64,000 nucleotides of DNA from positions 169,384,001 through 169,448,000 of the forward strand of contig OZ024743.1 in assembly GCA_964016885.1 (NCBI GenBank), written 5' to 3'. The notes beneath the pieces are model-generated. The model did no database searches and was not told the DNA's origin. It saw only the letters and a list, made by a program, of their open reading frames with translations. The position numbers and the translations under genes were made by a program. Source of the stretch: Eledone cirrhosa. Lineage: Eukaryota. Below, one piece after another: positions 25,997 through 37,744 of this stretch; the stretch's first letter is position 1; the number at the start of each line of letters is the position of its first letter.

Positions 25997-27864
25997 TTAA
26001 TGCTGTGTAGTGTCTATCGTTTTGGTTGTTTTGTTTTGTTTGCGCTTGTTGTGGGTTTGTTTCTGTTTCGCATTTTGGTGACTTTTGTGGTGTAGGTGGT
26101 GGTGGTGTTGGGGTTAATGATGGTGATGGTGTTGGTGTTTGGGGTGATGGGGTTGGTGATGCTGGTGTGGATGGTGGCATATCTGTCCTAACTTTTTTGT
26201 TAATTTATTTGTTTCCCTCTGTATTATGTTTTTGGAGGGGGAAGGAAGAGAATTTTTTTTTTTTTTTTCCTGATACCGTTTCCCACTCATCGTCGTCACA
26301 ATCTGTCTCCAGTTGTGATAGGCCGGGGAGTGGAAAATCCTCCACAGGCGTTAGTTTTGGTTGTGGCGTGGTGGATGGTGTAGGCGCTGGTGCTAGTTCT
26401 GAAGCGTTGGGTGGTGGTGGTGTTGGTTTTGCTACTGTTGCTGGGGTTGTTGCTGTTATAGTTGCTTCTGTTGTTGCTGCTACAGTTGTTGCTGCCATCT
26501 CTGCTACTGGTGGTGTTGATGGTTGAGTCACTGGGGTGGGTAGGAGAGGTGGCCTCAACCTTTTAGCCTGAGGCCAGAAAGCCCTTAGGTGGGTTCCTTC
26601 ACCACAAACGACACACCTAGGCCTTCTGCCCTCGACAATTACGGTGAGGTGGCTGCCGTCAGTGAGGTCTATTACCTCTGGGATCTCCTCAATGCTTTTT
26701 TGGTCCACTTGGATCAGGAGCTCCCTCCCAGATCCGGACCAGTTCTCCTGCTTTTCTTTTGCTATTGCTATTATCTTTGTGTTGGATTCGATGCCGGCGA
26801 GGACGGCTGCTATTAGCCAGGGAATTTCGATGGCCGGTGGAACGTGGGTCACCCTGATCTTTACGCATCGCTGACCACAATAGCTTGGGACGAGTGTGAA
26901 GTCGTCACTTCTTAATGGGGCCATGGAGTGTTCTCTAGCCTCCTCTGGTGTTTCAAAGAACACGTCCACGGTTCCATACTTCTGCCCACGTCTGATGTGG
27001 GTTTTTCTTGCCCATATATGTCCCAAAGCTTTTTGGATTTGGGACTCGGATGCCCGTTCCACTCGGCGCGATTTTACATTTATTGTTCGATACGACACGG
27101 TGCATAGGCGCCGATGCTCCATTTTATTAGGTGGGGGGTGAGGCTGACCCTGTACTCATCTTTCTTTACCATTTGTTTGGAATTTTCTAAATCCTCCTGA
27201 GTTACCGTAAATGCTTCGAACTGTTTTGCTACTCTGTCAAAACTCAGGGTGGTTTTTTTAATGTCATCGTCGTTGTTGTTGCTATCGTTATTTTTGTTAT
27301 TATTAATTTTAGTTTCAGTTGTGGTGGTGGTGACGTCAGTGAAAGTCGGTTTGGGAGAGTCCATTTTGGTTGAAAATATTTCGACACCACGAGTTAATTT
27401 ATTTTTTCCTTTTGTTTCTGTTGTCGCCGTGGGGGGGGGGTCGCGGTAGTGATGGTGGTGGTGGCGGCTTTAACACCTGCAGTCATTGGTAATGGCGGGA
27501 AATGAATGTCTGCCTGAGACAAATTTAAAATATTGCTAGTGCTTAAATTGTTTGTGTTGGAAGACGTATAATCATTTACAATGGTGGTGTCGGTGTGAGG
27601 TGTTAATTTGTGAGAAAGGCTTTCAGCTGCTTGGTGCAGTGGTGAATTAGCCATTTTTTTTTCAAAGAAATTTTTTGATAATCATAAAAGTTTAAATTTT
27701 GGGCACAAGGCCCCAATCTTTTTGGGTGTCCTTTTCGGAAAACAATGTATGTGCGCTTATATATAATTAACAATAAAAATTTTCCATAAATGGCAATTTT
27801 TAACAAACGGAAATAACAAACCTTTGCGGAGCTCACGATGATACGATTTACTACGTAGGTCGCC
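25997..27864 (-). mobile_element. Tx1 5' UTR and ORF1, tandem duplicate of T3 (T4)
   Basis: 26322-28082 is near-identical to 24100-25890 (offset about 2194); no ORF2. Confidence 0.9.
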
Positions 27865-27897
<33 letters not shown>

Positions 27898-27899
<2 letters not shown>

Positions 27900-28083
27900 T
27901 TGTTTCTACTTTAGGCACAAGGGTAGCAATTACCCAGCCCATTACTGGTACTTTATTTTATCGACCCCGTAAGGATGAAAGGCAAAGTCAACCTCGGCGG
28001 GTTTGAACACAGATCGTAAAGGGAGTAACTATGCTGCAAAGCATGGCGTCCGACCCTCTGCCGATACTGCCAATCCACCGCCT

Positions 28084-28085
<2 letters not shown>
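27898..28085 (-). mobile_element. tRNA-derived SINE (duplicate of 25704-25891)
   Basis: Near-identical sequence; (AAT)n on both sides. Confidence 0.85.
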
Positions 28086-28141
<56 letters not shown>

Positions 28142-28143
<2 letters not shown>

Positions 28144-28990
28144 GAAGAAGACGCACGAGGTGGCGGAGGTCATGAAATCGCTCCCGTGAGTTTTGAATTT
28201 TTAACATATTTAAATCATTTGTGAAGTAAAAACTCTTAGTACAAATGCTACGTAAAGCACCCGGCTTGAGCCCCAAAAAATTCGGACCCAAAATATATTG
28301 CTATAAGGCTCAAATATTCAAATATTCAACTTTGTATTGTACACTGTATATCCAAAAAAGAAAATGGCTATAAATGGAAGAAGAAGCCGCCCCCCCCTCC
28401 TCTCCTCTGTCTACACTATATAGAACAGCCAAACTCACCAACACCAGAAACTAGATACACTATATAGAACAGCCAAACTCACCAACACCAGAAACTAGAT
28501 ACACCACCCACCTCATCACCTGTGTACACTAAACACAACAGCCAGATAACGGCAATTTCACCACCACCGCTCACTACTGCCATCATTACCACCACTATCC
28601 CATCACCGCCGCCACCACTCTTCACTGCTTCACTGACCACCACTGCTTCGGTATCGACATCACCACCACCACTGTCTCAGTATCGCTACCGCCGCCAGTC
28701 CTCCACTTCTCCCAGCTGGCTGCTGCCACCACATTATAGAATTCCTACTACTAAAAAAGAGGAAGGCATCAAAATATATAGATAGACTCAAAAGAAAAAA
28801 GAAAAAACAAACAACAAAACCAAAGCAGCACAGCAACAACAGCAAAAAACGAGAAAAACAAACAGAGAAAAACAAAAACAAAAAACGTAAAGAAAATAAG
28901 AATGAAGAGAGAAGCAGGCGGACGGACAGAGAAGAGGGGGGAAAAACTAAAACTAAAAAAAACAAAAACTAAGTCAGACATTCGAACACT
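28142..28990 (+). mobile_element. Probable Tx1-like 5' UTR and ORF1 N-terminus on + strand (T5)
   Basis: AAAAGAAAATGGCTA start context as in T3; GGCTCAAATATT as in the T7 5' UTR; P/T- then K/N-rich coding; 44-bp tandem duplication at 28412-28499. Confidence 0.45.
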
Positions 28991-28999
28991 ACATTACAA

Positions 29000-31900
29000 T
29001 GAAACTTATGCTTATTCATTTTTGGGGCCCTTTCTGCCTGTGTGTTTGTTTGTTTATGTGTGTTCGTATACAGCGTGGTGATAATGCCACACAAGGGCCA
29101 AGTGGAACGGCGAATCCACAGATGGCTATGTAACCATACATTCGCCAATCCTCGATAAGAGTGTTTAAATATCGAACATAAACAGTTCGAATAACGGTGA
29201 AATGGAGACTAGAACGTCATGTGACAGACTCTCACCCAACAGGTGCCCCCTGGCTCAGCAGCAGGAACCTGACTGTCAACCAAATACTGCTGATGTTGGA
29301 GGAAGAAGAAGAAGGAAAGGGGCCAGAACCAACTGGACGAAAGAATTGAATAGAACTGTTATGCAATGTTACCTGAAAAGTAACCCCAAGGAGAGGGGCT
29401 ACAGGAGACGGATGCATAACATCTGGAACGAGATTGGTCTATTTAAATTAGATGAACAAAAATTGGTCGTGCAGGCTCGGATAATAAGAACTAATGGGTG
29501 GATAAGCGAGCTGGAACTGGAGGAACTGAGCAGAGAGAATGGCTTGGAGATGGCGGGTGTAGTATGCCAGACAAGCGAGCCAGTGGGAAATGAAGGTGAA
29601 GAGGTCCTGAGAACGGAGGAACCACCCGAAGCAGACAATGATCTGAATACTGAGATAAATAATACCTGGAACAGAGATACGGCCACTGAGGAGATGAATG
29701 CTGACGGGCTAGGACAAGATTCGGTTGACATCCTAAATTTAGTGGTAGATGAATTGAACAATGATAGTGGGAGACCTATGAACCTAAGATTTGTAGACAG
29801 GAAAAAGTTAAAAGAAACAACAGCTAAGGTAAACAAAGTCATCCCATACCTTGAGGCGAGGAGCCTTCACCAGTGCAACAATATCCTCAAAGCAACAGCA
29901 AATACGGTGAGGAAACTACTTGGTATAAAAGCGAGAGGAAACAACAGACAAGAAAGAGCAGAGCCGTGGTGGAAGAAGCGACTGAGTGGGCAAATCGGGG
30001 AAATGAGAAATGACATAGGAAAGCTTGAGTCACTACTGAATGGGACACTAAAAAACATAGGCACTAAAAATAGACTGGAAATAAAGTACAAAACTAAGAG
30101 GAAAAAGCTAAATATTATCATAGAGGAACTGAAGCAACGCATTGTAGCAAAGAGTGCAAAAATCAGGCGATACGAGAACAGAGTCAGTCAGTATAAACAG
30201 AACCGCATGTTCGACAACAACCAGAATGCTGTTTGGACAGCTTGAGGGGAAAGAAAGAGGCAACGACTTGATCCCTGGGGCGGAGCAAACTAAAACATTC
30301 TGGAGAGGAATATGGGAGCAGAATGTTAGACATAATGTCCAGGCAGGGTGGATTGAGACAGTTCAGAAGGAGATCAGTGAACAGGCACACCAACAAACTG
30401 ATTTGAGTATCACAGTTGAAACTCTTAAGGGGCAGGCCAAAAAACTAACCAACTGGAAATCACCAGGCCCAGATGGTGTGCAGGGGTATTGGATTAAAAA
30501 TTTAACATCCCTCCACCCGAAGCTGACGGCCATGTTCAATGACTGCTTGGTGTCGGGTGAGGTGCCAGAGTGGTTGACAAAAGGTACCACAGTTCTGATA
30601 ATGAAAGACCGAATCAAGGGTAATGATGTTACCAACTATAGACCTATCACATGTCTGTCCGTAATGTGGAAACTGTTGACGAGCATTGTGTCTGAGGAAA
30701 TCTACCATCACCTCCACACAAACAACTTGTTACCGGACGAACAGAAAGGATGCTGAAAGAAGTCACGTGGTACAAAGGACCAGTTACTTATTGATAAGAT
30801 GGTAATGGGGAATTGCAGGAGGAGACACACTGATCTTGCCATGGGATGGATAGACTACAGAAAGGCATTTGACATGGTGCCTCATTCTTGGATCACCAAA
30901 AGCCTGGAGATCTTCAGGGTGGCAGATAACATCAGACAGTTGCTGGGCAGGAGTATGGGGTCCTGAGAGACAGAGTTGATATCAACTGGAGTATCCTTGG
31001 GAAGCGTGAAGATCAAGAGAGGTATATTCCAGGGAGATAGCCTGTCCCCTCTGTTGTTTGTCCTTGTCCTGATGCCCTTGACCATTATGCTGCGAAAAGT
31101 GAGAGCAGGATACAAGTTGGGAAAGGGAGAGCTTACCATCAATCACCTCCTCTTCATGGACGATCTTAAGCTCTTCGGGAAAAGTGAGAAGGAGTTGGAT
31201 GTGCTTGTTGACACTGTCCGTATTTTCAGCAGTGATATATGTATGCAGTTTGGTATTAGTAAATGTGGAGTCATTGTGATGAGGAGGGGTAGGTTGAGCA
31301 GAAGTAACGGGATCCAGATACCAACAGGTGAGATGATAAAGGAAATTGACTCTGAGGAAGGATACAAGTATTTGGGCGTTCTGGAGGCTGATGGCATAAA
31401 GAACAAAAAAATGAAGGAAGTGTTAAGAACTGAATACATTCGGAGAGTAAGGAGCGTATTGAAGTCACATCTGAACAGCAGAAATGCCATAAGCGCAGTA
31501 AATTCCCGAGCTGTGTCTATTATTAGGTACAGTGCGGGAATTCTGAGATGGAATGTTGCTGAACAAAAAGAAATGGATAGGAAGACTACGAAGCTATTGA
31601 CTATCTGCAACATGTTCCACAAGAGGAGTGATGTCGATAGACTCTACCTAAGGAGATCTGAGGGTGGAAGAGGTCTTATCAGCATAGAGGACTGTGTTCA
31701 GATGGAGAAAAACAACCTATACAAATACGTGACCTATAGTAAGGAGCCAATGCTCAGAACTGTACTGAAGGAGGGGACAGTAGGCCAGGGGATGTCCAAG
31801 GAGGAAATAACATCAAGGAGGAAGAGCAGCCTTAAGGGAAAATCCCTTCATAGTACCTTCTTTGAGAAAACTGAATTTAGAGATCCACAGACATGGAACT

Positions 31901-32675
31901 GGTTGAGAAGAGGAGACCTCAAAAAGGCTACAGAAGGAATGCTAATGGCTGCGCAGGAGCAGGCCCTCAAAACGAAGTGGTTGAAGCACCATATCTACAA
32001 GGAGGAGGCTAGCCCACTATGCAGGATCTGTGGAGAGAGAGAGGAGACTGTGGCTCACATTGTGTCCGAGTGTAAACACCTAGCCCAGACCCACTATAAG
32101 GGCTGGAGACACGATGTGATGGGCAGGGTGATCCACTGGCACCTGTGCAAAGTAAACAATTTACCACATTCTGAGAAATGGTATGAGCATAGGCCAGAGG
32201 CGGTGATGGAGAACAATCAGGTGAAGGTGCTGTGGGATTTTAGGATACAGACGGACAAAAAACTGGAACACAATAGACCTGACCTGGTGGTTGTGGACAA
32301 AGAAAAAAGATCGTGCCTGATTGTGGATGTGGCCTGCCCGTTCGACACGAGAGTGCAAGAGAAGGAGAGGGAGAAAATTAACCGATACCAGGACCTAAAG
32401 TGGGAGGTGAAAAGGATTTGGAACTGCCATGAAGTCAAAGTGATCCCGATTGTCATAGGCGCACTGGGGACTATCTCCAAAAGTTTCCAGGGATGGTTAA
32501 AGAAAATCGGCCCCTTCACGCTTTTTGGAACGCTTCAAAAGGCATGCTTGCTTGGAACAGCAAGAACCCTCCGATACGTCCTGAATATCTGAGGCTGCAG
32601 GTAGTGGCTTGATATTCAATCCAACGGACTTTCCAGTTAACCAACATCAATGACTGAGATTCAAGGAATAACAAA
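29000..32675 (+). mobile_element. R4/Dong-type LINE family A, apparently full length
   Basis: Single long ORF, short 3' UTR, ends in (AAT)n; 5' boundary uncertain. Confidence 0.9.
29202..32592 (+). pseudogene. RT plus CCHC plus restriction-like endonuclease ORF (one frameshift, two stops)
   Basis: WTKELN..CY..GYRRRM, WKSPGPDG, NYRPITCL, GIFQGDSLSP, LFMDD, CRIC..H..C, RHD, NRPDLVV..DVACP. Frameshift near 30225; TGA at 30754 and 30964. Confidence 0.92.
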
Positions 32676-32696
32676 AATAATAATAATAATAATAAT

Positions 32697-33825
32697 TGGA
32701 TTATCTACATATCTAAGGGAATCACATGATTGGATGATCAAACTCGTTTTGAAACACGAAAGCATCAAAAGATCATATTCCATTACAAAAGATGCACAAA
32801 GATACAGTAATGGACTACAAATTTCAGAAGTCCCATTTACTGCTGAAATGGAAAACACAGAAAAAGCAAAGCAGGTAAAAGTAACTGCAAAGAAAGAACT
32901 GCTACAGAAACTGGCTAAGAAATGGCAAGAAAAGCCTCTGTATGGAAAATACCCAGAGCGAGCTAACAATCCTGATGTTGACAAAACTCATCAGTGGTTG
33001 GCATCCTCTGGACTGAAATCGGAGACTGAAGGACTGATTATATCCGCACAAGATCAGTGTCTGCCAACAAAAAATTACCAAGCCAACATAATAAAAAATG
33101 GGTGCAGCCCATTATGCCGTGTATGCAAAAAACAACCAGAGACCATTGACCATATAATTTCAATGTGCAGTCCTATAGCACCAACCGAATACCTAAACAG
33201 GCATGACAGAGCTGCACAATACATACATTGGATAATGTGTAAGCATTTTGACCTGCCCCATCAAAAGAATTGGTGGGAGCATCAACCACCTCCCATACTT
33301 GAAAAATATCACATCTCAATCTTGTTGAACTTTAGCATCCAAACAGACCGAAAAATAGATGCAAACAGACCTGATATAATATTGAAGGACTTTCAAAAGA
33401 GGGTATGCCTGCTAATTGATATGTCTGTTCCAATAGACAAGAACGTATCTATAAAAACATTTGAAAAATTGAGCAAGTATAAGGACCTGGAGATAGAAAT
33501 TGGAAAAATGTGGAAATTGAGAACTAAAACAATACCAGTGGTTGTAGGCGCTCTGGGAATGATACCTAAGGGGTCTAATGATTACTTATCGCAAATCCCA
33601 GGAAACCCGCGTATAGGAGAAATACAAAAGATAATACTAATGGGAACTGCCCATATACTAAGGAGGATTCTGTCAATATAAGTACATCACAAGTCTAAAC
33701 ACTAAAGATGCATGTGTGAATATGTATGTTCTTTCTTGAACATAGCGGACCTTGTTGTCTCTTGAGGTCACTGGTTGTGACTTAGTGATAACTCGTATGA
33801 ACATAAAGCAAGATAAATGCAACTG

Positions 33826-33826
<1 letters not shown>
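32697..33826 (+). mobile_element. R4/Dong-type LINE family B, 5'-truncated
   Basis: Open frame to 33681: AQDQCL, CRVC..H..C, RHD, NRPDIIL; (AAT)n on both sides. Confidence 0.9.
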
Positions 33827-33853
<27 letters not shown>

Positions 33854-33857
<4 letters not shown>

Positions 33858-36800
33858 TCTTTATTGGCCACAAGGGCTGACATCAAGAAAAACATTATAG
33901 ACGGCACAGGACGGTACAGAATGTTACGATGTGGGTTTTGTGCGTGTAAATGTGTTTATTATTTATATAAGAAAAGAAAAAAAGACATAGAAACATATAT
34001 ATATATAAACAATAAAAATGAAAATTGAAACAATAAAAAATTCAGCAATAGGGGGTAACCCTTCGAGGGTTACTCGTGGCGAAAACCACACAAAAGACCA
34101 CGGCCACCCTGACCACCAGGGCAAGTGCCCTCTCTCAATTTTTCCATCTCTCAAACTACAGACGTATATTCAGAGCGGTCCCGTTCACTCGGACCATTCT
34201 CGCTACATTCATCCACCTTTCAACAAACTTGCTAGAAGGTAGCACTTGCCTCTCCACCCTGATTTTCCTCTTCAAGTGAAACTTGAAAAAGTTAATTAGG
34301 GATTCGCCGAAGAGGAAAGTGTCTGTCTTTAACCCTTTCAACCTTGTCCACCACACAATCTCTTTAGCCATGGCCACCAGGTAGATGAAAACCGCTTGCC
34401 CTTCCTCCTCGAGGGAAGACGGCGAGACCATCTGCACAATAGAATCAGTCGATAACCGGATCAGTCCTACACGCGACAGCAACTGTTCGACATAGATCCA
34501 CAAGTCAGCAATGCTCGGGCACTGAACGAGTGCGTGCACGACGGTTTCGTCGCTCTGCGCGCATCTTGGACAGGCTCGGCTGACGGCACTTCCGTGTCTG
34601 TAGAGCTTATCTCGAACCGGCAGCGATCCCCGGTAGCACTGCCAGGCCAGGGATTTTTGGAAGTTATCCATAGGCCTGGGCTGAAAGTTCTCCTGAAGAG
34701 AGCAAACAGCTGATCGTCTTCGACGCCCAGGATATCTCCGAGAACGTCGTCGCACTTCCCCTCCACTAGTTCTCTATAGAATGCCGAGGTAGATGTTCCA
34801 CCGATACTGGTGCCCAGCTGGCAGAGGGCAGTGAGCGCCTGGAGACATTCCAGTTTCCAAGCGCTATCCCTCGGTCTTTTTATGACCCAGAACTGCAGCT
34901 CCATCAAGGAGACGAGCTGTGGGAAAACGTGCCTGGCGAAAGGTGACCACATCTGTTCACCGTCAAGGAAGTACCAGTGATGTCGCAACCTCAGCGCATG
35001 TTTGCGCATCATCAGCCATGGCATGCCCAATCCTCCACGCAACGGGTGTTGACAGCAGATCGATCGTCTGACCATGAGAGCGTGTCCCTTCCACAAAAAT
35101 CGGAAGAGGAGGCGCTCCATTTTGGTGAGAGTTGGGCTGGGGCAAGGGACGACGGTGAGGCGGTAGCAGATGACGGATGCGATGTACGCATTCGCCACCT
35201 CCGCCCGGCCTTTCAGGGACAGCTTCCTCTCGACCCATTTCTGGGTGAGGGAGGCCACCTTGCTCGTCACCTCGTTCCAGTTTTTCTCCATCTGGAGGTC
35301 CGGTCCGAACCAGACCCCGAGCAATTTAACCGGTCCGTCCGCCCAACGCCCCATGACGCTATCGGACGGCATGGACTTTCCTCCCCAGGTGCCGAGCTGC
35401 AAGCCCACCGACTTTTTCTGGTTTATCTTTGCTCCTGTCCCCGCTTCGTATTACTTGTGGGCGGTGCCGAGCATCTGGACGTGTCTGGTGCTCGACACCA
35501 CCACGGTGACCTCGTCGGCATAAGCCGACTCGTATTTCCATCATCCTAGTTCGCGTGGGATGACCCTCATCGCCCCCAGTTTGTGAAGTAACGGCTCGAG
35601 AGCCAATACGTACAAAAGGGACGAGAGGGGACAACCCTGGCGGACCGAGCGCATGATGCTGAACGACTGCGACACGTGACCGTTCACCCTCACAACTGAG
35701 GAGATGTCGCTGTGCATTGCAGCGATCCAACCCCTGAAAACAGGCCCGAAATCGGCTGCCTCGAGGACCGCCGCCAGGTACCGATAGTCGACCCTATCGA
35801 ATGCTTAGGATTGATCTAAGTTTATCAGGGCCCCACCCGTGCCAGGTTCCTTAACCACCCTCTCTATGATGTGGAGGTTGTAGTGTATGGATCTGTCCGG
35901 AATGGTCAAAATCTTGAACCCTGCGTTTAGCAGGGTTATGGGCCTGAAATTATCGATAACCTCCCTTTTGTTCGGGTCTTTTCTCAGCAGCGCCACCGCT
36001 CCCCGGCTCACAAAACTGGGAATGCTCCCGTTTTGCTGACAGTTGCAGTAGACGTCTGCCAAGAGGTCACCGAACAAGTCTTGCATAAATGCATAAAGCT
36101 CGTAGAGAAGACCATCCAAACCTGGCGATTTACGCCTCGTGCAGTTAGCCATCGCTTCCCGTATTTCACCGGCTGTTATTGGCTTTTCGCAACACTGTGC
36201 TGCGGTCGTCGAGAGCCGAGGTAGTCCGTCGAGGTATGCACTGAAGTCCATGCCCCGATCCGGGCCGCCGCTGCTCCCGAACAGTTCAGCAAAGTGCTGC
36301 TTCACACATTTGTTCGGGTTAGAGCAACACGCAGCCGTTTTGGTCAGACAAAGACCGAATTGTGGTTTGTTGCCACGTAGCGGCTCTGCCACCCGGGCCC
36401 ATTGGACGGCTTTTGTCCCCTCGTGTTTCAGAGCACGCGCTCTAGCTCTGACAACGCAGCCTTCGTGTTTTGCGTTGAAGAATTGGTCGAGTGCCAATCT
36501 CGCCTTAAGCAAGTCGGTTGCGATGCCCGTCCTAAACGCCTCTTCTAGCTTTCTGACTAGCTCTCCCTCTACTCTATTTTCCTCTATCACTAGTCCTTTG
36601 CTAAACCTAATCGACTCTATTTTAATTGCCCTTTTCAGGGCGAACCACCACCTGTTGTTGACGACCGCTCCCGTCAACGCCCGCTTAACTAATACGCTAA
36701 TCCGGTCTCTGTAGGCTTTGCGCGTTCAGCTTCCAGTAACCGGGCCCTTGTCTATGAAGTCTGTCTATATCGATATCACAGATCACAAATTTGTGGTCTG

Positions 36801-37740
36801 TGTAGTCGACTATTTTAAATTGTGGACAACTTATACTAGCCTTATCTAGTTCTCTGCAGAATACCCTATCAAGATCGATCTGGATGGCCCGATGCGGTTT
36901 GTCTATGTCCACATTGGCACATTCGGGTGATCCAGTCGATACCTGTCAGACAGTTCAAAACGTCTGAGCAGGTTGGTTAAGCTCTTACACCCTCCTCCCC
37001 TATCCACTAGCCCCACACAATCCCAGCGTGCATCCAAGATACCGTTCCAGTCGCCCACTAACACTAAAGAGCGGGACGTTCCAAGAAAGGTCTCTAGACG
37101 TCCGAAGAAATCTGGCCGTCCTGCCCCTGTTGGGGCGTAGACGGCTACTAGCCTGAAAGCATTGCTTTCGCTGCCGGTCACGTCCAGCACCACTGACCTA
37201 CCTTCTGGTTCCAGGAAGATGGCCCGTATGGCGAGATCCAAGCCTCTCCGAAAAAGGACGGCAACCCCTCCCCCGATCCTGGACGGCTGGGAGATGCGTA
37301 TACATCGTAGCCGCCGAAGATCGGTGCGAAGGCTTGTGCTTCGGAGATTCTGGTCTCGCTGACGGCCACCACATCTATGTTTAGTAACCTGAGGTCGTTG
37401 AGCAGGTGACCCTGCTTCCAAGATGACCCCAGGCAACGTGCATTTATACTGCCTATTCTGAGTACGGCCATGCTGGGTGAGAAACGGGGCAAGTGAGAAA
37501 GGGTCGCTTACCTTGACCGTGTGGTGAAGGGACAGTAGACCGTCCCTTTGGCTGGTCATGGGTGTTTCCAAGAGGATGTCAGTGTATATCCTCTTGGTAA
37601 CCGACTCTGTGAAGTCTCCAACTACGTTGGGGAATTTTTGTTTTAAAGATTTGTACTGTTATATTGAGATTTCAATGATGCTTATGTTTGTCGGGAAAGG
37701 TGTTGGTGTTGGTGGGGTGTAGTAGTTTTTTCTGTGATGT
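33854..37740 (-). mobile_element. Tx1/L1-clade LINE truncated in ORF1 (T6)
   Basis: ORF1 stop at 37508-37510; ORF2 37471-34156 (MAVLRIGSINAR, GDWN, YTDH, AYADE); tail into (ATT)n. Confidence 0.9.
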
Positions 37741-37744
37741 TAAT

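Noticed and set aside
29020-29170. HDV-like ribozyme at the Dong 5' end
   Set aside because: I could not assign P1.1/L3 or the nested double pseudoknot; kept only as a structured leader.
32650-32696. Hydrophobic N-terminus (poly-Ile) on the 343-aa ORF
   Set aside because: It is the (AAT)n junction read in frame, not a signal peptide.
37472-37513. AG|GTAAG..pyrimidine tract..CAG between Tx1 ORF1 and ORF2, resembling a mini-intron
   Set aside because: AGG-TAA is in frame as the ORF1 stop (TAG in T9), and the acceptor AG is not conserved in T9.
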